Of a DNA stretch of 64,000 nt, positions 26,105-40,669 are shown one piece after another. Source of the DNA: Octopus sinensis. Lineage: Eukaryota. Location: positions 37,448,001 to 37,512,000 of the forward strand of contig NC_043005.1 in assembly GCF_006345805.1 (NCBI RefSeq), given 5' to 3'. The notes beneath the pieces were generated by a model that had not been told where the DNA came from, did no database searches, and saw only the letters and a list, made by a program, of their open reading frames with translations. Made by a program: the position numbers and the translations under genes. Positions within the stretch are counted from its first letter, which is position 1. Each line of letters opens with the position of its first letter.

Positions 26105-26776
26105 TATATAAATAAATAAATAAATGGAGTTAAACGCAGGTGTTACTCAAATTCTTTTAATTCCGACACGTGTTTCAAAGATAACATTGGTTTTATTCCA
26201 AAGGAATAAAATAGTTTAAAACAATGTAATCTTCTCTTCAGGGAAACGAAGAAATAAAACTCATCAATAAGATATTTTAACAGAATATGATGGATATGTA
26301 TAGTAATGAACTGAACGCTATTAAATCTAGTTGTAAGGATATAAACGATATCAATTTTAATTTATACGCCGACACCAAACAAGGAAAGGGAGCTAACCCT
26401 TATTTAAACCCATTTTTTCATTCTAAAGGTAAACTGATATCTTTTAAAGATAGTTAAACTAAAAATATGGCAACTAATAGCAAAACTATTTGGTTGATGT
26501 TTCCTTATGGGAGGCAAATTATATCTAATCTTCTTTTCCAGTTTGGGGAAGCTATTATTAAGAATTTTCCAAAAAATTCTAGGTATTACTCTATTATCAA
26601 CTTGCACACAGTTAGGATTGGTTTTTCCAACACAAAAAATCTCTTACAAATTATCTCCTCACATAATATTAGTCTGTTAAATAAGAATCTATTTACTAAT
26701 ACTAACATTAATTTAGCTAATACCATCTATCCCCCTAGAAATATTAATAACAAGGTTATTGTCTCTGAAGTTACTA
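26105..26776 (+). mobile_element. Penelope-like retroelement fragment: inverted terminal repeat with HHR plus truncated ORF (RT thumb/linker)
   Basis: ORF 26467+ KTIWLMFPYGRQIISNLLFQFGEAIIKNFPKNSRYYSIINLHTVRIGFSNTKNLLQIISSHNISLL resembles the Penelope linker pattern IWFNPPY...KHFPK...IFNRNTVKISYS...IISSHN. The minus-strand HHR immediately upstream matches the known inverted-pLTR architecture. Confidence 0.75.
26161..26245 (-). ncRNA. Type I hammerhead ribozyme with extended 58-nt stem II
   Basis: Minus strand reads TTCC CTGAAGA [GAAGAT..ACATTG..TTTTATTCC-TTT-GGAATAAAA..CAATGT..ATCTTT] GAAAC ACGT GTC GGAA. Stem I is TTCC/GGAA, the core is intact, stem III is the palindrome ACACGTGT and the cleavage triplet is GUC. 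Confidence 0.75.
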
Positions 26777-26777
26777 T

Positions 26778-26810
<33 letters not shown>

Positions 26811-29800
26811 CATGCATATGTATGTACATATACACACACACACACATATACATACCTATATACATATATATATATATTTTTGTGTTCTATGTATGTGCAT
26901 GTGACCTTCTCTCCTTAAATTTGTGATGCTTCGCTGTATAAGAAATCATTATTATTCTAGTCTCTATTTCTCTGAAGTCAATAGAAGCATGCTAAATATC
27001 AAGTGATTGCTCTCTACTGCACCATACAGCTACTAGCCACAGTCCTCTGAATTACTTTTACCCTGTTTCAAGTCATGTCTACAGACAGTCTTTAGACAAT
27101 GCCCAAGACAACCAGTTGGTTCTATGCCAGGGATAAATTAATCATAGAATATATTTTGGGCACCCTGCCAATATCTATGCTGTGTAAGCCACCTTAAGCA
27201 AACAAATGATAAAGAAGAGCATACCTGACGGCTTCAGTTTGGCATATAGCATTGACATCTGATTCCAGTCGTCTCCCTTAGACTGCGTAGCAGAATAAAT
27301 TGATATGATATCTAATTATCAATTGATTAATTATCAAATTTATTGGTCATATAACTGAAATGAAACATGATCAGAGTGTGTATGCTTTTATTAGCAGTAT
27401 GTCCCTCCCGAAATACTCAAGTTTCAATATATCAGTTTCAACACATGATTTCATATAACAAAATAAATACAAGCATGAAATTTTTTTTATTCAAACACTA
27501 CTTATGTTTTACTTTGAAGAGGGTTTCAAACTCTCAGCACTTTGTACAGGTAGAATATTGTACATTTAGAATATTGTGTCCTCAATGAAGAGCCTAAACA
27601 TTGCAACCAAAACCATTTTTCCTAAGAAAAAATTTTGGAGCCCTTGTAAATAAACTCTGATAGAACATTGAAGACTTAGCTTTCAAAGATTACTTTAATT
27701 TTTGTTTCACATCATCATCATCATCGTTTAACGTCCGTTTTAAATGCTAGCATGCGTTGGACGGTTCAACTGGGGTCTGGGAAGCTAGAAGGCTGTGCCA
27801 GGCCCAGTCTGATCTGGCAGGGTTTCTACAGCTGGATGTCCTTCCTAACGCCAATATGTTGCAAATGTTATAGTATCTTTGTAGGAAGGTATTCTGTATG
27901 ATGTTGTGGCCATCATGTAACTCTGGTTGACTCCACTTAGGATGAGAAAAGTCTCTTTGTTAGCACCATCACATACCATTACAATAATTTATTTTGAAAT
28001 GATAGTGAGATGTAGCCTTTTCAGCTACACAAATCATATGTATGTATATGTATATATATATTATTTCACTTAGGCATAGTTATACTTATAACCTGTGTTA
28101 GAACTCCATAGACATGTTTCAGGACAAAGTGTCAGTTGAGTACAAAGCAGTAATAAGAAATTGAATTAATGACAAAGGAACATGACATCATTTAATGAAC
28201 TTTATTATTTTGCAGCTCTTTCTGCTGTAAGATTCAATGTACTTAAAGTTGAATGCATGTGTATCGCCCTATACCTTCATTGGAGCTTTAAATATGAAGT
28301 GCTATTTTATTTAGGAAAGCATTTACCTTTACTCATATACACAGAAAGCATTACCTTAAAAAAATGCATACACATATGTAGGAAATGAAATAAGAAGTTA
28401 GTGGGGTGCAGAAGCTCCTCCCAGAAAGAGTGAAATTAGATAAAATTTTGTGTATATTTATATGAGAGTGTATGTACTGAGAGGTATATGAAGAAATTGC
28501 AAAGAAGTAAAAAGGAAAGCAAGTAAAAATCCAAAATACACTTGGGAATAGAGATAGATAGAAACTGATAGCATCCAAAACAATGAGAGAGAGAGAGAGA
28601 GAGAGAGAACGTGATCATGAGGGTCATAGAAATTAATTCTACATAAGAATCCTAGACAGATTGAGAATTAACAGGTTAAAGAAACATATATATATATATA
28701 TATACGTTTTATTTATTATTTTGCACATGACTTAATAATTGTTATATGTTTTATCTTATATTTAATCTTTTTATAATATGTAATTTTTCTAAATGGTATA
28801 ATTTAATTTTTCATTATAGAATTGATAAAAGGTGGTTTTTTCCTAATTTACATATATGTATATATATATATATATTGCAAATGTGGAAATAAATTATTCA
28901 GCTCAAAGAAACTGAAAAGGGCATTTTTTTCTAGTCACATAACATGCTTTGAGAGAGAATTTATTTTATCACAACGATTTCTGTGGCAAATATTTGTTTG
29001 TTAACCTCACACATTCAACCAACTTATATTCAGTCTGCTGAGTAATACATGAGCATGAACTGAATTCATTATCTTGAGCAAGGGAAATTTGTTAGTAATT
29101 ATATTGGTGTGTGAAATAATTATTTTTGATTAACATATGGGTCAATTGCCTCTCTTTGTTCTGCTTCAGTTGGAAAATTGATTGGATCTTTAAGACCTTG
29201 TTGTGATAGAATGGCATCGTGACTGTTGCATATGAAAATTTTCTCTTGGTACAACACTTCAACGTGTTTTATTGAGCATCAATGAATTAAAATTGCATTC
29301 AGTTGTAATATGCCACTGATTTTGACTCAAATGAGACCATTCTTTTAATGTTTGTGTGTAAGATTCTCTTGATGTATTGTTCTATATGTATGGATAAATG
29401 TGTGTGTGTGTGAGAGTGTATTTAAATGTGTATGTGTGTGTGTATAGATATATATTTGTGTACTTATATGTGTACGCATATATATATATATGTGTGTGTA
29501 TATATATATATATATTTGTATACTCAGTAGCTTATGATTGTGAGCTCTGCATTCTAACCACTGAGCCAGACATGCAAACTTAATCATCTAAGTGTGGACC
29601 CCATGAATCACTCATCCAGGCACCTCCTAACCTGCTAGATCCCAATACTATGAGCTCCAGCAATACTACCCACCTCAATAATAGTGATGCTAGAACTATC
29701 ACTCCAAGCTCTTGTAATCCTCACACATGTAAATGTGGCTGTACCTTCTCCCAGCTACATTCTAGTAATGATAATAGTTCCAGTCCTACCTTAGGATTAA

Positions 29801-29834
29801 CTGATCTTAGGAACGAGCATAGAATAGGGATTGA

Positions 29835-30160
29835 GGTGCATGGTTCAGTGGTTTGAGTATCAGGCTACAATCATGAGATAGTGAGTTTGATTCCAGACTG
29901 GGCTGTGTTGTGTTTTTGAGCAAGACACCATATTTCACGTTGGTCCAGTTAAGTCAGCTGTCGAAATGAGTTTTGACATCATTGGTGCCAAGATGTATTG
30001 GCCTTTGCCTTTTCCTTGGATAACATTGGTGGCATGGAGAGGAGAGCCTGGTATGCATGGGTGACTGTTGGCCTTCCATCAACAACCTTGCTGAGACCTG
30101 TGCCACAGAGGGGAACTTTCTATGTGCAGTCCCATGGTCATTCATGACCGAAGGGCTAGG
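29835..30160 (+). mobile_element. SINE family A copy
   Basis: Colinear with 340-665. Confidence 0.85.
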
Positions 30161-30229
30161 GTTAGGGGTCTTTTTTTTTTATATTATTCTAAGCCAACCA
30201 CCAGTGGGGAAACCTGTAATTGTCATGGG

Positions 30230-30550
30230 TGCTGTAGTGTTTAGCATGTTCATGAGTGGTAGTGGTATTGAATTAAAAACAGTAACCAGAATTGTTGTTG
30301 GGAAAATGGTGGATAATCTTGTGGTCTTTTCCCAAGTTACTACCAGATTCGAAACTTTAGTGTTTTGATGCCCAGCATAACAATATATTAAAGATGTAAT
30401 GACTGACTGAGGGCATTCTTCTGGTTACATATCTCTGGACAACTTCCAGTAGATCGATATTTTTGACAACATGGGGTTCCAGTCTGGAGTCGCAAACTTT
30501 AAGTGTGGATGTATGACAACAATAAATAGCTTTAAAGATTTTTCAAAAGT
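30230..30550 (-). mobile_element. CR1/L2-like LINE RT C-terminal fragment
   Basis: LFIVVIHPHLKFATPDWNP and KNIDLLEVVQRYVTRRMPS match the RPHLEYA...WNP...DIDLLE.VQRRATK pattern. Confidence 0.7.
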
Positions 30551-32539
30551 AATTCTAAACCTTCTTTCTTTACTTGTATCTTTATTTTCTTCCTTTTAGT
30601 GAAGTTTTCTTCTTTTACTTCTAGCTGTAGGCTTGGCTAGTTTTGCAGTTCTTGAGGGTGTAGAGTTGAATAGAGCAGACAGTTTGATTTTATCAATTCT
30701 GTGAGTGTTTCATATAATATCGTTTCTAGTGTAGAAAAATGGTAATTTTGATTGTTATCTTTAGACATTTGTATTTTATAGTAGGGAATTATGTTTATCT
30801 GTTGGTATTTATAGCGATGTATTTAAAGCCTACATTAATACATGCTCTTTAATATCATTGAAAACAACCAGATCAGTATTTGTAGCCACCAAAATGATAT
30901 ATGTTCTTTGTAATGAACACTGAGTTTTCATTCGGTGTCTATATTTGGCTTTGGGTCATTGTGTTGTGCATCATCTGGATTATGTGGCGTGTCCCTACAC
31001 ACCAGCAGTAATTATATTGTTACTGTTGTTGTTGTTGGTAATATCTTGACTGATAATCAGTTAGCGTCTATGTTTTGACAAGTCAAGGCTATTTCAAGCT
31101 GTTTATTCACTTGTAATCAGAATGGTTTCAGAATGGTTAAAACTTTAGTGATTCTGTGCCATCATTGCAAGAAATATATGTGTTGTTATTAATTATTTCT
31201 TGGTCCACTTTCTTTATAGTCCCCAGTTCCTATGCTGCAATTACTGAGAATGTCATTTATGAAATCATCTTCATTATAAAGCTCTAATTAGTATTCCTTC
31301 AGTTTGTGTACAGTGGAATAGAAAAAAAATGCTAAGTGGTATGTGAATGCTTATCTCTCAACTGTGGTACATAGCTGTTTATTTCATAGATTTCTGTGAC
31401 TTTTATCAAAGGTTTACAATATTTATGACCTACTATCAGAGCTATATTAGCTTTCTTTTGTAATCTAGCTGTCTTGAGTTCATACAAAAGTTTGCTTATT
31501 CCCATTATTTATTCTTACATTGTTATTTGTATCATTCTTTATTCTGTTGATTCTTTTGTGAAAATTGTATAGAAATTTTTTGAATGAATTCTAATTCGGA
31601 AAATCTTCATACTGATATTTTGTTGTATCTTGGGAGGGTCATTATGTCAATGATAAACACAGCACTGATTCTATTTCACATCTATATCATTAATCAGTTT
31701 GTTAACTATGTAGCCAATTTATTAATCAATTGTTTCATTAATTATTTGCTTAGTCACTATTCATGACCTAGTACAATAAGAGAAATGAGTTGATATTTTT
31801 TTATACCTTACAAGAAAATATCGTATGATTTTGTAGTATTTCCTATTAATTAACAAATATTCTACTCCTTGTCATTATATTTTTGTTCATTAAGAAGTTA
31901 ACCAAACATTACCTTGTTTAATTACAGTCTCTGCTTTGTGCAACTAGAGCATTTTTTATGCTACTTAATAGTCTGATTTCAGTTCTTTTTTATTTAAAAT
32001 ATTGGTGGAAATAAAGGTCTTGGTGTGGCTGTGAGGTTAAAAAAGTTCCTTCCCAGCTTCACAGTTTTGGGTTCAGTACCACTGTGTGGAACTTAGAGCA
32101 AGTGTCTTTTTCTATAGTTTTAAGTTAACCAAAGCCTTTAAGTGGATTCCATAGACAGGAACTAAAAGAAGTCTGTTTGATTCATGAGTGTGCACTTGGG
32201 TTTCCTTGACTTGATATCACGGTTATAAAAGTATGTCACCACTATACAAGTGCTGTTATTCATTTCCAATCTTTTGTGGAAACAAATCTATCCTTGGGAG
32301 AAAATACCTTTCATTGAAACAGCTGAGGGTTACTGTCAGGAAGGATATCAGACTATAGAGAGTCTGTCTTGATAAATTTAGTCTGACCATTTTATCATGG
32401 AAAAGTGGATTTTAAAATGATGCAGAATGATTTATACCAGCATTTATTATGATAATTAAGACTTCTTGCTTAATGCTTTTTAAACTGCAATGCTAAAAAG
32501 GAATGAGACATGGACCCTGAATGCAGTGGACATACAAAG

Positions 32540-33215
32540 ACAAGAGAGGAATGAAGCTATTATGCTCTGCATGGTGAGCAATGTTAGTGTACATATGCAA
32601 TAGAGTGCTGGTATATTGTGAGAGAAGCTAGGTATAAGAGGAATTAGATGCAGTGTGCAAAAGAGAAGACTTTGTAGGTTTGGTAATGTGATAAATACAA
32701 ATCAGAACAATTGCATAAAGAAGTGCTGACCACTAAAAATGGATGGGACTTGTGGAAGAGGGAGAGCCAGGAAGACATGGAACAAAGTACTGAAGGCCAA
32801 CCACTGAGCCTAATGAAGAAGACAAAGGACCAAGATATATGGTGCCTTGTTGTGCTCAATAAGACCAGCCTACCAAGAGAATTGGTATCCTTAAATCACC
32901 CTGGTAATGCTTGTCCACAAGGGACTCTGCCCTCTCAACCTTCTTCCCCCAACCACATTTCATCCCTTAACATCCAAAAAGCATTGGTGATGGTGACACG
33001 CAAAAAGCACTGATGCCACTTAAAAAGTACTGGTGTTAGTACCACTTAAAAAGCACCCAGAACACTCTGTAAAGTGGTTGGCATTAGGAAGGGCACCTAG
33101 TTGTAGAAACCAAGCCAGACTATGGAGCCTGGTGTGGTCCTTGGCCTCACCAACTCCTAACAAACAGTTCAGCCCATGCCAGCATAGGAAATGGATGTTA
33201 AATAAGGATGATAGA
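32540..33215 (+). mobile_element. RTE LINE 3' end: RT C-terminus plus (GAT)n-tailed 3' UTR
   Basis: ERNEAIMLCMVSNVSV...EKLGIRGIRCSVQKRRLCRFGNV...MDGTCGRGRARKTWNKV, followed in the same orientation by the recurrent GGTTGGCATTAGGAAGGGCA...GCATAGGAAATGGATGTTAAAT UTR repeat. Confidence 0.8.
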
Positions 33216-33872
33216 TGAAAGATATACATGAATAGCAAAATAGAGTAGCAAAATTAGTAACATTGTCTTCTAGTCATGCTAAACTCAAATGCATTGCTAT
33301 TTTCCCCATTTAGATGAGTCAGGGAACACAGAAAATAGTACTCTGCTGCTTAGACAATCCCAGATTGCAAGAATAATGTAGGAGAAGTTTTAGAAGAGAA
33401 ATGAATAAATTAATGCTATTCTGTTCGACATTACCACAAAATTATCCTGCATAAGAATCGTTGATTTCACACAGATGGTAAAAGTACTAGAAATGTCCTG
33501 TAGTAATTTAGTATACTGACTTTAACTCTACATTGGAGCTTATTCAACCCAGTATATTTTATAAGTGCATAAAAGGATCATGCACACTTTTTAATGCACA
33601 TAGTATGTATGTGTGTGTGTGTATGTGTGCATGTATGTGTGTATAAATATCTACACATATACATATAAAATATGATCTAAGTCAACAGTGTTTTGTATTA
33701 TACTGTGAATGCTCAATTTACATCACACATTATTGTTATTGATTACATAACAGATATAGACTGATAACATGGCAGTTATTTGAGGAATAAAATAGCTGAG
33801 AGATAGAAAGAGGGAGTGGTAGAGAGATAGAGAGAGAGGAACAGATGAATGTAGGATGAGGCTTGGAGAGAG

Positions 33873-33909
<37 letters not shown>

Positions 33910-34107
33910 TATAAGGTAGTGAAAAGAAAAGATGCAGGAAGATATTGTGACATGGCAAGAAATAAAGACTTGAAACAGAGTAGAGATAGAGGAAGTTGGA
34001 GTGGATATGAAGAGAATGAATGAGAAAGCCATATATATATATATTACATGAATATAGGGTGTGAGTTGAGGAGAGGGAGTGAGAAAGAGTAAATGAAGAA
34101 GGAACTA

Positions 34108-35016
<909 letters not shown>

Positions 35017-35589
35017 GAGTTTCTCTATAAATAGATAAGTTTTTCAATATTTAGAATTTAGAAGACTATTTGTGTGTATGAGTGCATTTTCATATTGCAT
35101 TTATTCAGTTAATTTAGGTTTGCATTATTTTTTTTGTGTTAGGAGAATACATACTATTATAAAGGCATTGTTTTGTTTTTATTCAGTTTTTGATTTAACT
35201 TTTTCAAGTAAAGGATTTTCTTTCTGTCTGGCTTTGAATGTGTGCAGCTTATGGATGGGAATTCCCTAGTTGACAGGGAATTACGAGAAATTTCACTGTT
35301 TTCTAGCTCAGCACTTTTTTATACAGAGTACAGAATGTATCTATCTCAACATATATATATATGTACATATGTATGTGACAGTGTTTGGACACATGTCTAT
35401 GTGCCAACTTTGCCACTATTTACACTTAGTCAATCAGTGTCAAACTCATCAACAATCAATTTAGATGGCAGATTATTAGGTAGATATATATCTACATACC
35501 TGCTCACCTGTACATATATGTATATTTTATATATATACATGTTTTATATGTATATATATATATATATATAAATACGTATAAAAAAAAAG

Positions 35590-35915
35590 AGCGACCCCTT
35601 TGGTCATGAATGACCATGGGATTGCACCTAAAAAATTACCCTCTGAGGCACAAGTCCAGGCAGGGTTGTTTATGGAAGACCAGCAGTTATCCAAGCATAC
35701 CAGCCTCCCCTCTCCATGTCATCGATGTTATCCAAAGAAAAGGCAAAAGGCTGATATAGCTTCGTGCCTGTGAAGTTGCAACTCATTTCTACAGCTGAGT
35801 GAACTAGAGCAACGTGAAATGAAGTATTTTGCTCAAAAACACAACACGCAGCTTGGTCCGGGAATCAAATTGACAACCTCACAGTCATAAGCTCGATGCT
35901 CTAACCACTGAGCCA
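35590..35915 (-). mobile_element. SINE family A copy
   Basis: Reverse complement of the family A body and head. Confidence 0.85.
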
Positions 35916-36078
35916 TGCACCTTCACACACACACGCATATATATATATATGTAGAAGGTTGAAAAGGAACACGCGAGTTGATACGTATAAGGAAAATTAG
36001 ACAAGGTAGAAAATGCTAAAATAATTTTATCACGAAGAACATTTTAGTATATATGTATGTCAATATATATATATATAT

Positions 36079-36104
36079 AATAAACAGTCGATGCAATGAT
36101 GTTG

Positions 36105-36148
<44 letters not shown>

Positions 36149-36174
36149 CAACATTACTGCATGGACTGTTTATT
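36079..36174. repeat. 96-bp near-perfect palindrome centred on (TA)n
   Basis: AATAAACAGTCGATGCAATGATGTTGATGATG-(TA)n-CATCATCAACATTACTGCATGGACTGTTTATT, with 3 mismatches in the unique arms. Confidence 0.9.
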
Positions 36175-36199
36175 GGTATTTACTCAGATCATCTCAGGC

Positions 36200-36545
36200 A
36201 ACTCTCTGAGCAGTGTCTCATCTCTATAACCATGTGGCATGTGGTCAATCAACACAAGGTGTCACCCTAGCCAGATCCTCAGAGAAGGAAACATAGTCTG
36301 TAGGATCTATCTTTGAAAATCGAGCAACATAACAAGGAGTCTGAATTGTAGAAGCAACAGGATACATTTCAGTTTCTGAGTAGAGTCATTGGCTGGACAC
36401 AAAATCCAACCGATGATAACCCATAAACCATACAAAGTATTTTTGTACCAAGGGAATTCAGGTAGCTCCTAAAGGCACCAGACAGCATCCAAGTCTTGCA
36501 ATACTTGAGAACAAAACAGGGAGGACCAGAGAACTGAATACCTGA
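36200..36545 (-). mobile_element. RTE LINE RT C-terminal fragment
   Basis: QVFSSLVLPVL...CKTWMLSGAFRSYLNSLGTKILCMVYG matches LVLPVLLYGCETWTL...RLNSFGTK. Confidence 0.7.
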
Positions 36546-37524
36546 GCCTATATACATACATGTGTTTAAATATGTATAGGGTGTAACAGAAAACCCTCCC
36601 ATATGGTAACTGGTGTGGTGCTAGTAAAGTTAGTGATGATGTCTTCATGAAACAAATGCTTTACTATTTTTGTCTCTTAGCATCCTTGTTTGAATCAGAG
36701 ATACTATTGGAGCATTTATCAAGAATGGTGAACTTGAGAAAGATTTTGCCAGTCCAGTCCGTTTATGTCAATATATACAGAACCCATACATTTGTGAACA
36801 CTAGCTAAAATTTTAAACCTACAAATTACAAACTATTGAAGTTTGAAATTTAGAAATAGGAATATATGCTACTGTTCTTACAACTGTTTCACACATAACA
36901 TTATACATATGTAACTCTACATGTAAATTCATGTATGTGTATATATGTGCATTTATGTATGTATGTATAGAACTATACATCAAGGACAACTTTATACCTT
37001 CTCAATCAATACTGCAGTCTTTATTTATTAGTGAAATGTTTATTTATAGAAAATAAAATGGCCTTAACTGTCAACTACTGCTTTCCTACTTTTGCACTTA
37101 ATTGTCTTTTACTATTATTACAAGCTTTTTTTTCGTATTTTACTGTTTTGTAGTTGTTTTATAAGTATTTATCTATTTGTTTGTTTTACTATTTATCTTA
37201 TTCCTAATTGTTGTTTTCTTCTCATTGTCCTCATCATCATCTTCCCTCTGTCTTCTTATTGCACCATGCATTTCTGGTGTCTCTTGACTTGCTGATTATT
37301 TATGGCCATGTTATTCTATAGTGTTGTCTTTTGACTTTATCATTATCCATGCTTGAGATTTTTTACATGTTTTCTACTGCTATCATCAGGAATGTTTCTG
37401 GTGATATGGTTCACATACAGCCATTGTTATTTTCTCTTGTAATTCATGGTTTCCTATTCTGTTATTATCTTAAATATTTAGAATTGCTATTAAATATTAT
37501 CATTATATATTAACACATATTTTC

Positions 37525-37568
<44 letters not shown>

Positions 37569-38052
37569 ACACATATACACACACAGCAATAAGATGGTGC
37601 CCCAGCATGGCCACAGTCAAATGACTGAAACAAGTAAAAGATATATCAAATATTATTATATATTATAATATTATCTATTATTGTGAACTATGATATATAT
37701 TGTTATGTATGAAAGATTATACATACTATAATATTATATACTGTATATATCATATAGAAAGAGGTACAATAGCATACATAATGTATGTACTTACAAGATA
37801 AGTTGCCTATACAATTTACATGATGTTGTCATCTAAATTTTATAGGCAACCCTCCATATGAATACATTCCTTACACTGCTTCCTCATTGGCTCAATCATG
37901 AACATTTTTATGGCCAACTTTTCTCCTTTGCACTATCTTATCCTGATGAAGGTGGAGTTTAAGATCCAGATTTCTCTGAGCATTGCTTGCTGATAATTTC
38001 TATCACATTTACATAAGCATTTCATAACCGATTCTTTAAAAATATATATATA

Positions 38053-38103
<51 letters not shown>

Positions 38104-39409
38104 TTGCATTGTTTTGTGTGATAAGCTGGTTTTGGCGCATTGCAGCTTTTGGTAATAAACATTCAAGGCTTGACTTTAATTTCCCTCTTGAATACCTACA
38201 GAAATCCCCTTGGTAGCAATGTGAATTACTAAACCTTCACTGCTAAAATTGCTACAGCCTTTGCGAAATTTATGAATAAATATTAACTTGAATATCCTTA
38301 CTATACCCCACTCTTCCCCCAGGTATTGGCTGTTTTAATTTATCTGTATCTCCTCTACTGCAAGAAACCTGTTCTTGTACCTCTACCATACTTACTAACC
38401 TCTAACATAAGCATCACCTTCTCTACTATATTCCTACCCAATTAACTTTGCTTTTGGCATGTTTCTGCTGAATCATACTGATTCAATGTCAAGTCATTTT
38501 AAATATTGAAGAATTTGGTAAAATAACTTTGTCATTATTAAATCTGGTGTTTGGAACATAAACTAACATGAAACTTTAGAATATTTTAAAGCAAAAAGTT
38601 TGTGTCAGTACTAGGGATAGTCCCGGGGGTATAAGAGCTTTTTTCAGTCTTGTGACATCAACATCAGTGTCAGTTCCAAGAAAAAAAAAAGCACCAGATA
38701 CACTCTGTAAAATGGTTTCTGTTAGGAAGGGCATTCAACCATAGAAACTATACCAAAGCAGACATTGGAACTCAATGCAGTTCTTCAGATAGTTGAGTCC
38801 TGTTCAACTATCCACTCATGACATCACAGAAGACGAACATTAAAAGTTGATGGGAATGATATTTTGAGATAGAGTTTCTGTTTAAATTCAGATTTTCATT
38901 CCAAAGATAAATTCTTTGAATAATTATTTCCCTAATATTATTTATAATGTGAATTTTCAAAATCTACTATTTCTATTTATAGAAGAAAAATTATCTGAAT
39001 TTTCTAGAAAAGATCAAATACAAAAAAACAGTTTATTCATAAATTTTTCATATTTAACAAAAAAAAAAATCGGTTTGGTCTGATGGAAGCAGCTATATTT
39101 ATGGCATTCACTGCAATTACTGCAGAGATAAAATGTTGTATTGAGTTTATTGAGCAGATATCCAGGTAAAATATTTCCTTAGATATTTTTATAGTTGTCA
39201 TTTCTATGATTGGATACCTTTTGATGACATGGTACATGTTTTTGATTTTTTATACATATGGAAATAGTTCTGTTTGCTTACTACTAAGGCATGCTCTTGT
39301 GAAAGACATAAGAGTTACAATTTTATATTACAATTCTTTTTGCTCATTCAATCAAAACACAAACATTGACTTGCACAAAAATACAAAAGTTTGCAATATA
39401 TTGATGCAC

Positions 39410-39734
39410 ATGTATATGAAAATATATGCATATGTGTGTATGAGTTTTTGTATTATCATATATGTATATATGCATCTATATATGTGTGTGTGTACATATA
39501 TGTATATATGTATGTGTGTACATATATGTATATATGTATGTATATATATGTGTGTACATATGTATGTATATATGTGTACATATGTATGTATATATATGTA
39601 TATATGTATAATGTATATATGTATATGTACATATATATGTATATGTATGTATATGTATGTATATATATATATATGTATCATCATCATCATCATCATATGT
39701 ATATGTATGTATATATATATATGTATATGTATAT

Positions 39735-39817
<83 letters not shown>

Positions 39818-39850
39818 GTGTGGGTGTATGTATATATGTATATATATGAT
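39410..39850. repeat. TATG/TA compound microsatellite with internal (CAT)n
   Basis: Read directly. Confidence 0.95.
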
Positions 39851-40286
39851 ATGTACTATTGTGAGCATGCTATCTTAAAGATAGCATGTTTTACATTCGT
39901 TTGATATCATTGTATCATATATTCCTGTCGTGGATATATATATAAGTATACATGTAGCATGCATGTGGGAAAAATGCTACCAAGATATGCAACATGAATG
40001 AAACTCAAAAGTCAGTAATGGAAAAACATAAGTAGAACTATGAAATGTTAAACAAATACTCATTTATAAAGCAATGAAAAATTGAGCCCATCTCATTCAC
40101 ATTATTGTTGCCCTTTTGATGCAAATCAAATGAAAGAAGTATATTCTTTCTTTAAATATAACATGCAGTTATATAATTAAATATTATTACATACAGTATG
40201 AAAGTGAAGCAAAGGAAGCTGATATGTAGTTATATAACAGCAACACACATTTGGAAAGTAAAAGAATATATGTATATATGTGAGTG

Positions 40287-40319
<33 letters not shown>

Positions 40320-40328
40320 ATATATATG

Positions 40329-40359
<31 letters not shown>

Positions 40360-40669
40360 TATATATGTATGTATATGTATATATAAACACACACACACAT
40401 ACACACAAAGGGCTTCCTGCAGTGTCCATCAACCATTTTCCACCACAAAATATTACCTGGCCTTGGATATAGTAGAGGCACTTACCCAAGGTGGAATACA
40501 GAAGAACTGAACCCCAAACGATCAAGTCTCTTGATCATAAGACCATGCCTGCACCTACCCATGTGAAAATGAGAGTGCTATAAAGAGAATCAATATTATA
40601 GAAAACAGAGTAAAACCCAGTTTTTTTTCTACGTTTTCAAAAGAAGCAATATGTTACCAAAAAGCACCA

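Noticed and set aside
37944-37985. CTGATGAAGGTGGA...TCCAGATTTC as a possible HHR relic, and an overlapping 38-codon frame (ATLHMNTFLTLLPHWLNHEHFYGQLFSFALSYPDEG)
   Set aside because: The GAAA box is absent. The frame has only a weak donor and no recognisable homology.
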